Position numbers and translations under genes: made by a program
The notes under the pieces: model-generated
Database searches by the model: none
The model's input: the letters and a program-made list of their open reading frames with translations, nothing else
What the model was told of the DNA's origin: nothing
Part shown: positions 9,229 through 19,331 of the stretch, one piece after another
How the letters are laid out: each line of letters begins with the position of its first letter
Position numbering within the stretch: position 1 is the first letter of the stretch
NCBI GenBank assembly: GCA_016699245.1
Contig: CP064968.1
Coordinates: 89,686-153,685, forward strand
Reading direction: 5' to 3'
DNA from: Candidatus Kaiserbacteria bacterium
Lineage (GTDB): Bacteria; Patescibacteriota; Minisyncoccia; Phycocordibacterales; UBA918
Length of the DNA stretch: 64,000 nucleotides

Positions 9229-10704
9229 TTATCCCTGTACAAAGGTCAGCGCCATTCCTTTTTCAGAACCACGGCCGGTGCGGCCGATACGGTGGACATA
9301 ATCCTCGTAACTGGACGGAAGGTCGTAATTGATGACATGTGTCACATTATCGACGTGAATACCGCGCGCAGCCACATCGGTGGCTACAAGCACGCGTGCG
9401 TGACCATCTTTGAATCGCTTCAAAGAACGTTGACGTTGTGGGTGTGACTTGTTGCCGTGGATAGACTCAGCACTGACACCGTGAGCAATGAGTTGTTCAC
9501 TCAATTTCTCGACACTGTGCTTCATTGCACCAAAGATGAGTACACGCTTGAGGCTTTGATCACCAAGTAATTTGGTAAGTGTCTCAAACTTGTCGCTGTG
9601 ACCGTAGTGGACTACATCCTGATGGACGCTATTCGTAATGTCTTGCTTCTTTACCGACACCGTAACAGGGTCACGGAGAAAGTCGTGTACGAGGCGTTTG
9701 ATATCGTCAGACATTGTTGCCGAGAAGAAGAGTGTCTCACGGTCGGCCTTGATACCTGAGAGAATGAGACGCATGTCGTTGATGAATCCCATGTCGAGCA
9801 TACGGTCGGCTTCATCGAGCACCACCGTGCTTACACCGCTGTTTCTAAACGCACCACGCTCAATGAGGTCAATCACCCGTCCAGGTGTACCAATCACAAA
9901 GTGATTCTTGCGCTTGAGTCCCTGAATTTGTGGACGAATGTTCGTACCGCCCACACAGGTGGTGGAATACAGTTTAAAGCCCGCTGAAAGTTTGCGGAGT
10001 TCAGTTTCAATCTGAATCGCGAGTTCACGGGTAGGCGTAAGGATAAGTGTCTGGCGTGAGTATTCGCGAAGGGTCTTGTCGATAAGGGGAATCAGAAAGG
10101 CCGCAGTTTTCCCAGTGCCGGTGTTTGCAAGGCCAATTACGTCACGTCCTTCCATGATGTGTGGAATGATTTCATCCTGAATCGGGGTAGGGGTGGTAAG
10201 ACCTGATGAGGTTACCGTGAATGCAAGTTTTTTGTCCAAACCAAATTCAGTAAATTTGTGCTTTGGAGTAAAGACTTCGGTTTCAGTATCGACAACGGGA
10301 TTTTTGTTAATGAACTTTGATACGTCAAAGGTCTTGAGTACACGACCGCGACTGGTGCGCTGACCTCCACTATTGTTGTTGTGCGTAAAGGGACGACTTC
10401 CGCTACCACTTCGTCCGCGACTGCCGCCACTAAAGCTGCCACGTGCGTGGCCACTATCACGACCACCTTCACGACGTGGTTCATAAGAACGTTCAGAAGT
10501 GCGTGCATGTGAAGTGCGTGGGCGTTCACCTCCTGCATCACGGCCGCCTTCGCGACGATGTGATGGGGTGTGTGATGCGCTCCGCGGTGCACGTGAATCG
10601 CTCTGACGAGCGCCCTGTGTTGTTGTACGAGTAAAAGGAGTTCGTCCTCCGGCAGTACGCACAGAAGACGGACCCCGACGCGATGGTCGGTTTGATGTGT
10701 TCAT
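9229..10704 (-). CDS. DEAD-box ATP-dependent RNA helicase with N-terminal Arg/Gly/Ser-rich extension
   Basis: TPIQ (motif Ia), GTGKTAAF (Walker A), VLDEADRML (DEAD), SAT and HRIGRTGR motifs; the first ~135 residues are low-complexity R/G/S-rich. Confidence 0.85.
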   Translation of the reverse strand: MNTSNRPSRRGPSSVRTAGGRTPFTRTTTQGARQSDSRAPRSASHTPSHRREGGRDAGGERPRTSHARTSERSYEPRREGGRDSGHARGSFSGGSRGRSGSGSRPFTHNNNSGGQRTSRGRVLKTFDVSKFINKNPVVDTETEVFTPKHKFTEFGLDKKLAFTVTSSGLTTPTPIQDEIIPHIMEGRDVIGLANTGTGKTAAFLIPLIDKTLREYSRQTLILTPTRELAIQIETELRKLSAGFKLYSTTCVGGTNIRPQIQGLKRKNHFVIGTPGRVIDLIERGAFRNSGVSTVVLDEADRMLDMGFINDMRLILSGIKADRETLFFSATMSDDIKRLVHDFLRDPVTVSVKKQDITNSVHQDVVHYGHSDKFETLTKLLGDQSLKRVLIFGAMKHSVEKLSEQLIAHGVSAESIHGNKSHPQRQRSLKRFKDGHARVLVATDVAARGIHVDNVTHVINYDLPSSYEDYVHRIGRTGRGSEKGMALTFVQG

Positions 10705-10885
10705 AATTTTTTCTATTTGAGAGGGCTGTGCAGGTTATAAACCGAAATGGTATTCGAACCTAGAGAGCCCTACACGAGAATCTTAAGGTATCGTAAGAGT
10801 AATATACAAAACATAAACTGTCAATACTTTGATACTCATAGAGAGACACTTTATGCAGTATCATGCACTATGAAAAGTAACAATC

Positions 10886-11341
10886 GTGCCGTATAGTTTT
10901 TGTATGAATAGTTTTTTGTTGTTTACTGATCCAAATGTGGTGTTTGTATTTAATCTCGGTCTTTCGTTGCTTGTTGGGCTTGCAATCGGTATTGAGCGTG
11001 AATCACGCGGAAAAGACGCAGGCATTAGCACCCATTCATTGGTGATTTTGGGTTCTATGCTTTTTACCTATCTTTCAATGCAGGTTGATCCCGAGTCCAC
11101 TTCACGTATTGCTGCACAGGTGGTGACCGGTATTGGCTTCCTTGGTGCAGGACTCATTTTAAAAGAAGGAACCTCTGTGCGTAACCTCACGACAGCTGCG
11201 AGTCTTTGGTTTGCAGCCGCAATTGGTATGGCTATTGGATTCCAGTTTTATGTTGCCGCTATTCTCTCGACATTTGTTGCACTCCTTGCGCTTCGTATTC
11301 CGCATATCATCGAGCCAGAAAAGGATGTGATTCTTAAATAA
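10886..11341 (+). CDS. MgtC/SapB family membrane protein
   Basis: 151 aa; LLVGLAIGIERE...GIGFLGAGLI...AASLWFAAAIGMAIG is the conserved MgtC core. Confidence 0.7.
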   Translation: MPYSFCMNSFLLFTDPNVVFVFNLGLSLLVGLAIGIERESRGKDAGISTHSLVILGSMLFTYLSMQVDPESTSRIAAQVVTGIGFLGAGLILKEGTSVRNLTTAASLWFAAAIGMAIGFQFYVAAILSTFVALLALRIPHIIEPEKDVILK

Positions 11342-11526
11342 AATATCTGCTCTCCATGGTCTTACCTCCTCTATGGAGGGGTGCTGAGGATATTTTGCTA
11401 CAAAAATAATACTTATGCACTATTCAAGAATCATTGAGTACACAAAATAAAGTAAAGGCGTGATATTATGAATACGACTGTAGAAGTCTTCCTGTCTATT
11501 GACTTGCACAGTTATTTTAATACGTC

Positions 11527-12744
11527 ATGAGGGTTTTGACATTCGGGTGGGATTATCCACCCATGAAAAACGGCGGTCTTGGCGTTGCGTGCCACGGCCT
11601 TACGGAAGAACTTATCGAACTCGGACTCGATATTGTTTTTGTGTTACCTCGTGAGCAGCCCACAATCGGGGGGCAGCGATTTATTTTTGCAAACAGAACA
11701 CCAGGAACGATTCATGTGTTTCCCTCAGGACTTTTGCCGTACCAGCATGCGCAGTCATTTATAGAATATTTCACTCCTGAAGGGCGACGTTTACAGTTTT
11801 CGCGCCGTATCATTGACGAGGTGTATCGCTATGCAGATGCAGCGTATTGCATTGCAATGCGTGAACAATTTGATCTCATTCACGCTCATGATTGGACTTC
11901 GTACCTTGCGGGAGTGGCAGCGAAACTTGCAACAGGAAAACCGTTAGTGCTTCATGTACATGCTACGGCATTTGATCAAGCGGGAGGCAATAATGTTGAT
12001 CCTGATATTTATGCTATCGAGCGCCATGCATTTCAGACTGCCGATTCAGTGGTGGCCATCAGCAATTACACGAAAGGTATTGTCGTTAATAATTATGGTG
12101 TTGACCCAGAAAAGGTTTCGGTGGTGCATAATGGTATTAAGCCCCTTGTGCCACCAATTTTATCCCCCGTGCTCAGTGAACTCAAAGCCCAGGGAAAGAA
12201 AATAGTATTTTATAACGGACGCATTACCATCCAGAAAGGTGTAGACCATTTCATCCGGGCGGCACGCAAGGTGGTTGACTATGACCCGTCAGTTGTGTTT
12301 GTGATTTCAGGATGGGGAGATATGGAGCATCAAATCATGCATCTCGTCGGCTCACTTGGACTTTCTAAGAATGTCATTTTCGCAGGAGCACTCTGGGATG
12401 ATGATCGTGATCGCATGTATCAAGCAGCAGATTTACTCGTGATGCCTTCCGTTTCTGAACCCTTTGGCCTCGTACCCCTTGAAGCAATACAGCATGGTAC
12501 GCCGGTCCTTATTTCGAAACAGTCAGGCGTGGCAGAGGTACTCACGCATGCACTTAAGGTGGATTTTTGGGATATTGATGAGATGGCCAATAAGATTATT
12601 GCCGCCCTTCATTATAGGGTACTCAATAAACAGTTGGTAGAAGAAGGACGAAAGGAACTCCTCCGCCTTACCTGGCTAAGGGCGGCAGACAAAGTACACG
12701 CATTATACAAAAAGTTACTGGATTGGGCTCACACGAAAAGGTAG
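11527..12744 (+). CDS. glycogen(starch)-synthase-like retaining glycosyltransferase (GT5/GT4, archaeal-type)
   Basis: KNGGLG (KxGGL donor-binding motif), HAHDWTSYLAG (cf. Pyrococcus glycogen synthase HFHDWHTVFAG) and C-terminal E-x7-E GT-B motif (EPFGLVPLEA). Confidence 0.7.
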   Translation: MRVLTFGWDYPPMKNGGLGVACHGLTEELIELGLDIVFVLPREQPTIGGQRFIFANRTPGTIHVFPSGLLPYQHAQSFIEYFTPEGRRLQFSRRIIDEVYRYADAAYCIAMREQFDLIHAHDWTSYLAGVAAKLATGKPLVLHVHATAFDQAGGNNVDPDIYAIERHAFQTADSVVAISNYTKGIVVNNYGVDPEKVSVVHNGIKPLVPPILSPVLSELKAQGKKIVFYNGRITIQKGVDHFIRAARKVVDYDPSVVFVISGWGDMEHQIMHLVGSLGLSKNVIFAGALWDDDRDRMYQAADLLVMPSVSEPFGLVPLEAIQHGTPVLISKQSGVAEVLTHALKVDFWDIDEMANKIIAALHYRVLNKQLVEEGRKELLRLTWLRAADKVHALYKKLLDWAHTKR

Positions 12745-12752
12745 AATATCGT

Positions 12753-14093
12753 ATGCTTACTGTTTGCCCCTATTTTCATGTTCATCAGCCGTATCGTATC
12801 AAGAAATACAGTGTCTTTGATATCGGTAAAGATAATGAATACTTTAATGCAAACGATCAAACCGATTTAAATAACGAACGCATTTTACGTAAGGTGGCAG
12901 CGAAGTCATATATTCCAACGACTCGACTTCTTGGTGACTTGCTTGCACGCTATCCCGAGTTTCGTTTCTCACTTTCATTCTCCGGTACCGTACTCGATCA
13001 GTTTGAAGAGTACTTACCCGAGGTTCTTAAAGCATTTCAAGATTTGGTAGCAACGGGGAGAGTAGAGATTCTTGCTGATACATATTACCACTCACTCGCA
13101 TTTTTCTATTCACGTTCAGAATTTGAAGCACAGGTGGCTAAGCATAAAGCAAAAGTACAAAAACTCTTTGGGTATACACCACGCGTTTTTCGCAACACCG
13201 AACTTTCATACACCAACTCACTTGCGAAATGGTGTGAGGATAATGGCTATATCGGTATCATGGCTGAGGGATGGGACCCGATTCTCGGATGGCGCAGCCC
13301 CAACTATCTCTACACACCAAAAGATTGCTCATCGATTAAAGTACTTCTTAAAAATTATAAACTCTCTGACGACATTGCATTTCGTTTTGGTAATCAAGGG
13401 TGGGAAAGTTATCCACTTTCCTCAGAAACGTATGCTGAGTGGGTGCACGCTCATCATGGAGATGGTGAAACCATTAACCTCTTTATGGACTTTGAAACCT
13501 TTGGTGAGCACCAATGGGAAAATACGGGAATCTTTAATTTCTTGAATGCACTTCCAGAAAAAATACTTTCCCGTAGCGATACGAGTTTCAAAACTGCAAG
13601 TGAAACCGTTGAATCCTATGGCTCCGTAGGAGAAATTGATGTACCACACATCCTCACCTGGGCTGACACGGATCGCGACCTCACTGCATGGGTAGGGAAT
13701 GACATTCAGCGTGATGCCATTTCTACAATCTACCGTATGGAGGAAGATGTACTCAAGGCTGATGATGAAGATATCACCGAGAAGTGGCGACGCCTCCAAA
13801 CCTCCGATCATTTCTATTATATGTGTACAAAATATTTTCAAGATGGTGATGTGCACGCATACTTCAGCCCCTACCAATCCCCATATGACGCGTATATCGC
13901 TTTCATGAATGCCTTAAGTAATTTACAATTAAGGGTAACGCACGCATTGCGTCCGGAGGTAGTACCAGAAGTGGTACGAGCGCCGAAGAAAGGTTTCTGG
14001 TCTCGAGTATGGGAATTCATCCGTACTGGATTCAGACGCATAAGAGATGCAGTGCACCGTATTCGTCGAAAAGTTCATCCACGCACATTTTAA
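12753..14093 (+). CDS. glycoside hydrolase family 57 alpha-glucan-active enzyme (amylase/branching-enzyme-like)
   Basis: N-terminal YFHVHQPYR (GH57 region I HQP motif); ~450 aa. Start taken at the second Met to avoid overlap with the upstream gene. Confidence 0.6.
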   Translation: MLTVCPYFHVHQPYRIKKYSVFDIGKDNEYFNANDQTDLNNERILRKVAAKSYIPTTRLLGDLLARYPEFRFSLSFSGTVLDQFEEYLPEVLKAFQDLVATGRVEILADTYYHSLAFFYSRSEFEAQVAKHKAKVQKLFGYTPRVFRNTELSYTNSLAKWCEDNGYIGIMAEGWDPILGWRSPNYLYTPKDCSSIKVLLKNYKLSDDIAFRFGNQGWESYPLSSETYAEWVHAHHGDGETINLFMDFETFGEHQWENTGIFNFLNALPEKILSRSDTSFKTASETVESYGSVGEIDVPHILTWADTDRDLTAWVGNDIQRDAISTIYRMEEDVLKADDEDITEKWRRLQTSDHFYYMCTKYFQDGDVHAYFSPYQSPYDAYIAFMNALSNLQLRVTHALRPEVVPEVVRAPKKGFWSRVWEFIRTGFRRIRDAVHRIRRKVHPRTF

Positions 14094-14120
14094 TAAAAAG
14101 AGTTTAGTTCATTAGTTCTT

Positions 14121-14486
14121 ATGCCCACAAAAAAAGTAGCCACAAAGGCCGCACCAAAAGTTACCAAAACACCCGCAAAGAAAGTTACAAAGAAAGCATC
14201 CTCAAAAGTAAAGGCAAAGCCAGAGCTTGCCTATGCTCCAAGCGAGCAATGTTTCTGGACAACTGATGGTCGCGTTCTTTCAAGTCTTGTCGATTTAAAA
14301 GAAGCACTTGCTTCAATGTCCGATGACGTTTTTGCGTACCACGTTTCAAAAGGACGCAATGACTTTGCTGAGTGGATTCAACATGTCCTCGGTGACGCCG
14401 AGCTTGCTGAAACATTTCGCAAATCAAAAAAACTCAACACCGCACATGACGTAGTCGTGACTCGACTCCGCATCTACAGCATCTAG
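14121..14486 (+). CDS. hypothetical protein with Lys/Ala/Pro-rich histone-H1-like N-terminal tail
   Basis: The first ~45 residues, PTKKVATKAAPKVTKTPAKKVTKKASSKVKAKP, are followed by a ~75-aa globular part; embedded in the glucan cluster. Confidence 0.4.
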   Translation: MPTKKVATKAAPKVTKTPAKKVTKKASSKVKAKPELAYAPSEQCFWTTDGRVLSSLVDLKEALASMSDDVFAYHVSKGRNDFAEWIQHVLGDAELAETFRKSKKLNTAHDVVVTRLRIYSI

Positions 14487-14489
14487 TAT

Positions 14490-16454
14490 ATGTCACGCTC
14501 TATCACTATTGGAAACGGGAATCTTCTCGTCGGCCTCGATAGTCGTGGTTTGGTGCGTGACTTTTATTTCCCGTATGTGGGACATGCCAATCATGTGAGC
14601 GGCGCAAGTGGTTCCTATGTGCATCGTATTGGTGTGTGGGTGGATGGTGCTATCGCATGGCTTTCTGATCCATCATGGTCGGTTGAGGTTCGATATTCGG
14701 CGTATTCAGGCACGAGCGATATTCTTGCAAAAAATTCTTCACGGGGAGTGTCACTTCATATTACTGATGGTGTACACAATGAAAAAAATCTTTTCATTCG
14801 CAAGATTGTTATTACGAATGAACGAGATGCACACCGTACAATAAAACTCTTTTTCGGGCAGGAATTTCGTATTACTGAGTCAAGACGTGGCGATACCGCT
14901 TTTTACGACCCGCGTGTGCGCTCCGTTATGCACTACAAAGGACATAATGCATTCTTGGTACACGCCACACTTGCAGGTGAGAGTTTTCAGGATTACACAG
15001 TAGGACTTTTTGATATTGAGGGGAAGCGTGGCTCCTTTACTGATGCAGAGGACGGTATCCTTTCGCGTAACCCAATTGAACATGGCTCGGTTGACTCAGT
15101 GATTGGACTCACGTTCGACGCACCAGCACATGCGTCAGAGACTGCATGGTATTGGGTAACGGTGGGGCACTCGGTTCAGGAAGCTCATGCGCTCCATCAT
15201 CATATACTCGAGGAAACCCCTCTGTCTCTCCTCGAGTCTACCGAGCGCTACTGGCAAGCGTGGACCGAAAAAGATTCACGCGTCTTCGATACCCTCGATG
15301 CGCGCATTGTGTCGGAGTACAAGCGCTCCCTTGCGGTGATTCGCACACACACCGACAACCGTGGCGGTATTATTGCATCATCTGATTCCGATATGCTCAA
15401 TCAGGGGCGTGATACGTATGCGTACGTCTGGCCTCGCGATGCGGCTGTTATAGCGAGCGCTCTCGATGGAGCAGGACATATTGATGTCACGCAACGCTTT
15501 TATAAATTTATGGCAGAGTGCATGGAGCCAGACGGATACCTCATGCATAAATACCGTGTTGATGGAGTGTTGGGGAGTTCATGGCATCCATGGGTGCAAA
15601 ATGGTGTTTTCAAATTACCGATTCAAGAAGATGAAACCGCAACGGTACTTCGCATGCTCGCCGACCATTATCGGTATGCAAAAGATTTAGAATTCATCGA
15701 GTCTTTGTATAATTCTTTTATTGAGCCCTGTGCAAACTTTATGGATGGCTATCTCGAGGAGGAGACCGGCTTACCCATAGACTCATACGACCTCTGGGAA
15801 GAGAAGTATGGTTCATCAACCTATACTGCTGCATCGGTGTATGCGGGGCTTACGGGAGCCGCAGAACTTTCAGCACTTCTCGGAAAGCGTGACAATGCAA
15901 CTCGCTATCGTAATACTGCAGAGGGTATCAAGCGAGCAATGCTTACCTATCTCTATGATGTTTCGTCCGGAACATTTATAAAGTCTGTACGGCATGAGCA
16001 GGGGAAAATTTCCTACGATAAAACACTCGATATGAGTAGCCTCTTTGGCATTATCTTTTTTGGGGTACTTGAGGTGACGGATAGACGTGTACAATCAGCA
16101 TTTGCCCGTTCGATAGAGCGGCTTAAAGTACCCGGAAAATTTGGCGGCTTCATGCGTTATGAGGGAGACAGGTACTACAAAACAAGCGAGAGCGCACCAC
16201 CGAATGCGTGGTGTATTACGACACTCTGGGTAGCACGCTACTACATTCGTATCGCAAAGAGTAAAGCGGATTTGGAACGAGCGGTAGAAATACTTCATTG
16301 GACGTGTGATAGAGCAACGCTTAGTGGTATTTTGCCTGAGCAGATACACCCCTACACCGGTGAACACCTCTCCACCGCACCCCTCGTCTGGAGCCATGCC
16401 GAGTACGTCATCACCGTCGACGAATACTTAAAAAAAGTCGCAACATTTAAATGA
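14490..16454 (+). CDS. glycoside hydrolase family 15 (glucoamylase/glucodextranase/trehalase-like)
   Basis: 654 aa; N-terminal beta-sandwich plus C-terminal (alpha/alpha)6 region with GH15-like segments (WPRDAA, LWEE...G). Confidence 0.65.
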   Translation: MSRSITIGNGNLLVGLDSRGLVRDFYFPYVGHANHVSGASGSYVHRIGVWVDGAIAWLSDPSWSVEVRYSAYSGTSDILAKNSSRGVSLHITDGVHNEKNLFIRKIVITNERDAHRTIKLFFGQEFRITESRRGDTAFYDPRVRSVMHYKGHNAFLVHATLAGESFQDYTVGLFDIEGKRGSFTDAEDGILSRNPIEHGSVDSVIGLTFDAPAHASETAWYWVTVGHSVQEAHALHHHILEETPLSLLESTERYWQAWTEKDSRVFDTLDARIVSEYKRSLAVIRTHTDNRGGIIASSDSDMLNQGRDTYAYVWPRDAAVIASALDGAGHIDVTQRFYKFMAECMEPDGYLMHKYRVDGVLGSSWHPWVQNGVFKLPIQEDETATVLRMLADHYRYAKDLEFIESLYNSFIEPCANFMDGYLEEETGLPIDSYDLWEEKYGSSTYTAASVYAGLTGAAELSALLGKRDNATRYRNTAEGIKRAMLTYLYDVSSGTFIKSVRHEQGKISYDKTLDMSSLFGIIFFGVLEVTDRRVQSAFARSIERLKVPGKFGGFMRYEGDRYYKTSESAPPNAWCITTLWVARYYIRIAKSKADLERAVEILHWTCDRATLSGILPEQIHPYTGEHLSTAPLVWSHAEYVITVDEYLKKVATFK

Positions 16455-16465
16455 GTGTAGTGTAT

Positions 16466-16540
16466 TAAAAAACAGCATCTATTGTTTTTAAACCCAGTCC
16501 TACCCCCGCCTTTTAAAAACAATAGATGCTGTTTTTTACG
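16466..16540. terminator. long hairpin between convergent GH15 and antiporter genes
   Basis: Perfect 18-bp inverted repeat acagcatctattgttttt / aaaaacaatagatgctgt separated by ~27 nt, followed by a T-run. Confidence 0.4.
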
Positions 16541-16548
16541 TGGAGTAC

Positions 16549-17496
16549 TTATATATTTACAATGCACTCTATGAGTATAAAGGTAAGCCAGAAAACAATG
16601 AGCACGAACGCTTCTTTGCTTGTTACCATTCTGCCTGAACGCATGAAACTGAAGAGGATGAATGCTGCAGAAACCATAAAGACTCCTGCAACATAAATGA
16701 TGGTGGTAGGGAAGGTGAATGGACTTAGAAGCGCCAGAAGGCCTACGACGATTGTGGCGTCGGCGAGTACGGTACCGAGTATGTCACCAAGGGCGAGTGA
16801 GTCGTGTGCATGCTTGACGGCATGAATAGAAAATGAAAGTTCAGGAATGGTGGTACCTAAGCCAACGATAAGCATACCAATAAGCACCGGGCTCACACCC
16901 CACATGCCTGCAAGTGAAGACGCAGCAGACACCGTGAAGTGTGCACCAATGAGGAGGAGTGCAATACCAAGGATGAGGAGGAGTATGTCGCGTACTCTCC
17001 GCGCACGTGGCTCACTTTTTGCCTCCGTACCACTTGTGTGTTTCAAGGTAAGTATATAAAAGACAAGTCCTGCAATAATAAGTGCGCCCCCATCTACACG
17101 GGAGAGATGTCCGTCGAGCCCGAGCACAATAGGGATAAGGAGCAGGAATGGGTAGAGTGCATGACTTACGAGAATCTTACTCTCCACACGAAGTGGACGC
17201 CTCGCATAGAGTGTCACAAGTGCCACAATAAGCGTGAGGTCGGCCACATTGGAGCCGATGAGCATGCCAAAGCCAAACTCGGGAATGCCCTCAAGCGCAG
17301 CATTGAACGCAATAAAGGTTTCCGGAAGGATAGAAATAATTGCAACAACAATGAAGCCCACTGTGTACTGTGAAAGATGAAAACTCCGCGCGAGGAGTGC
17401 TGCGTATTTTGTGGAGAGCATCGCTCCCCGCATCACAATAAGTATCGCAACCGTGAATATAAATATCTGAGTGAGCATGGCAATATTGTACACCAT
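16549..17496 (-). CDS. Ca2+/Na+ antiporter family (CaCA, YrbG-like) membrane protein
   Basis: Two alpha-repeat regions (ILPETFIAFNAALEG...GSNVADL and GLGTTIPELSFS...GDILG) in a ~10-TM protein. Confidence 0.65.
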   Translation of the reverse strand: MVYNIAMLTQIFIFTVAILIVMRGAMLSTKYAALLARSFHLSQYTVGFIVVAIISILPETFIAFNAALEGIPEFGFGMLIGSNVADLTLIVALVTLYARRPLRVESKILVSHALYPFLLLIPIVLGLDGHLSRVDGGALIIAGLVFYILTLKHTSGTEAKSEPRARRVRDILLLILGIALLLIGAHFTVSAASSLAGMWGVSPVLIGMLIVGLGTTIPELSFSIHAVKHAHDSLALGDILGTVLADATIVVGLLALLSPFTFPTTIIYVAGVFMVSAAFILFSFMRSGRMVTSKEAFVLIVFWLTFILIECIVNI

Positions 17497-17538
17497 ACAC
17501 TTCTTCGCTGAATTACCATATATACTTCTGATATACTT

Positions 17539-17706
17539 ATGCCTATGACTGGTTCCAATACATGGACATTTATGGCACTCGGATCTGTAGTTGGTGGATA
17601 CATTCCTGCACTGTGGGGAGCTGGCTTTTTCTCTTTTTCATCATTGATTTTTAGTACACTCGGTGCACTCGTCGGTATTTGGTTGGCCTACCGCATGAAC
17701 TCGTAA
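17539..17706 (+). CDS. small hypothetical membrane protein (55 aa)
   Basis: ATG-initiated ORF below the ORF-track cutoff, encoding two hydrophobic helices; sits between convergent genes. Confidence 0.25.
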   Translation: MPMTGSNTWTFMALGSVVGGYIPALWGAGFFSFSSLIFSTLGALVGIWLAYRMNS

Positions 17707-17827
17707 TATATACGTATCAAGGCGTCACCTTGCTACGTATATATAATTGTTTATAAGAAAACCCTCGGTATGCACTATATGCCGAGGGATTTCTTGAGTT
17801 CTTGCTACTATTTATTAATGGATTGGT

Positions 17828-18295
17828 TTACCGAGTAACTTCAATGATTGGTGTAACGTTATCAATTTTTTCAGCATCGGGTGCAGATACAACGACTCTA
17901 TTATTTGTATCTGCTAAAACTTCATAACCAACAGCACCGGGGGCAACATCGTTGCAGTCTTTTATTGGAGCACCCTTTTTAGTTGATTTTGGATCAGTGG
18001 GTAAAGCAGAAAGGTATTTTGGTATCAAATTATCACACAGTGCATCAGTAATCTCCTCTGCACCGGCGTCGACATTACTTGGTAGAGTCCCTTTATTATC
18101 TAACGTGTACTGTCCAACTGCATTTAAGATAGCATTTATATTACTTGCCCTTTGTGTATTGTTTGCTTGTGCAAATTGGCGTGAAGGATTAATCGCCACG
18201 AGCACGGTTGCAGCCAAGACTGCAATGATACCAATAACGATAAGGACCTCAATAAGTGTGAAGCCCCCATGTCTACTTTTTGTACGTTTGTTCAT
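17828..18295 (-). CDS. type IV (major) pilin
   Basis: Class III signal peptide, ...SRHGG|FTLIEVLIVIGIIAVLAA, with Glu+5; 155 aa. Confidence 0.8.
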   Translation of the reverse strand: MNKRTKSRHGGFTLIEVLIVIGIIAVLAATVLVAINPSRQFAQANNTQRASNINAILNAVGQYTLDNKGTLPSNVDAGAEEITDALCDNLIPKYLSALPTDPKSTKKGAPIKDCNDVAPGAVGYEVLADTNNRVVVSAPDAEKIDNVTPIIEVTR

Positions 18296-18415
18296 TGTAC
18301 ATTCAATTAATTTTTATAATCAATCAAAAAGGTGTACAAAAATGGTACTCCTGCTGCACTATCTCAGCAAGATACTTTTTGCGTATAAGTGGAAACAATT
18401 TTTCGCTCTCAGAAA

Positions 18416-18856
18416 TTACAGTTCAGTCCATGAGACGAAATCACCATTAGCATTATGTATCACGACACGGTACGTGGTTTGTGCGCTACCGCGATTGGCA
18501 GTTGCATCAACAATGCTTTCATTATTCTGGGGAGTGATGCTGAGAATGGTGCAGGATTCTTCACCCACAGGTATTATTCGATTTGAAATATCAGCCAAGG
18601 GATTATTGTACGTAGCGATGCGTGCTATATGAACACACGCCTCAGCAAGATGTTCGCTTGCACTTTTATTTTCCAGTTCGAGCATGAAGAAACGACTCGC
18701 AATACCAAATTGTGCAAGCGAAAGTGTTGTTACAAAAAACATTATCGACAAAATAGTGATAGACATGAGTGCAATGAAACCCTTTTGTGATGTGTAGTTT
18801 TTCATATTAGAAATGAAGGTAATAACGAATAGGTCCAACAGGAATATCACCCACAC
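18416..18856 (-). CDS. pilin-like (minor pilin/pseudopilin) protein
   Basis: N-terminal hydrophobic helix with KG|FIALMSITIL prepilin-like motif (lacks Glu+5). Confidence 0.4.
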   Translation of the reverse strand: MWVIFLLDLFVITFISNMKNYTSQKGFIALMSITILSIMFFVTTLSLAQFGIASRFFMLELENKSASEHLAEACVHIARIATYNNPLADISNRIIPVGEESCTILSITPQNNESIVDATANRGSAQTTYRVVIHNANGDFVSWTEL

Positions 18857-19331
18857 GAAAAGATACTTCGAGGGAACGTGGCGCGTCGCCCACAGGCGCG
18901 TGATGGGTGAAGGTTATGTTGTCTATAGTGACACGAGAAGCATTCAGTGGAAGAGGGTCCTTCCCATGGTCCATGAGCGTTACTTGACTACAAATGAGTG
19001 GTGGCGTACAGAAGGCATTTCCCGTATCGAGAGTGAATATGTACGCGACATGCCTGTCTTGCTCAAGTACAAGGGTGTCGCTTGTTTCTCCTTCGCCAGG
19101 CGTGGTGATGACACCCTGAGGGGTAGTGATGGTGTTGATCAGTGCATATCGGATTTTTGCAAGAATAAAGGAAGACTCATCTTCGTTTGTAATATTGCGG
19201 GAAAGCCGCTCGGCGCCGGTGAAGAATGGGTAAATACTGACGAAAATACCTGAGCATATAATTCCAAAAAGCCCCACATAGATTATGGTTTCAATGAGTG
19301 TGAAGCCGTTTTTATTATGGAGTACACACAT
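18807..19331 (-). CDS. minor pilin with prepilin N-terminal methylation motif
   Basis: NKNG|FTLIETIIYVGL motif; start chosen at the Met giving a 9-aa leader (ORF extends to 19412). Confidence 0.55.
   Translation of the reverse strand: MCVLHNKNGFTLIETIIYVGLFGIICSGIFVSIYPFFTGAERLSRNITNEDESSFILAKIRYALINTITTPQGVITTPGEGETSDTLVLEQDRHVAYIFTLDTGNAFCTPPLICSQVTLMDHGKDPLPLNASRVTIDNITFTHHAPVGDAPRSLEVSFRVGDIPVGPIRYYLHF

Noticed and set aside
10212-10592. 126-aa His/Val/Ala-rich ORF and the plus-strand 10443..10634 ORF
   Set aside because: They are alternate-frame or antisense readings of the RG-rich low-complexity region of the helicase gene.
10721-10770. Possible tRNA, because of a TTCGAA-containing hairpin (gggctgtgcaggttataaaccgaaatggtattcgaacctagagagccc)
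   Set aside because: Only a single long hairpin can be drawn; there is no acceptor/D/anticodon cloverleaf and no CCA context. More likely a 5'-UTR structure of the DEAD-box helicase gene.
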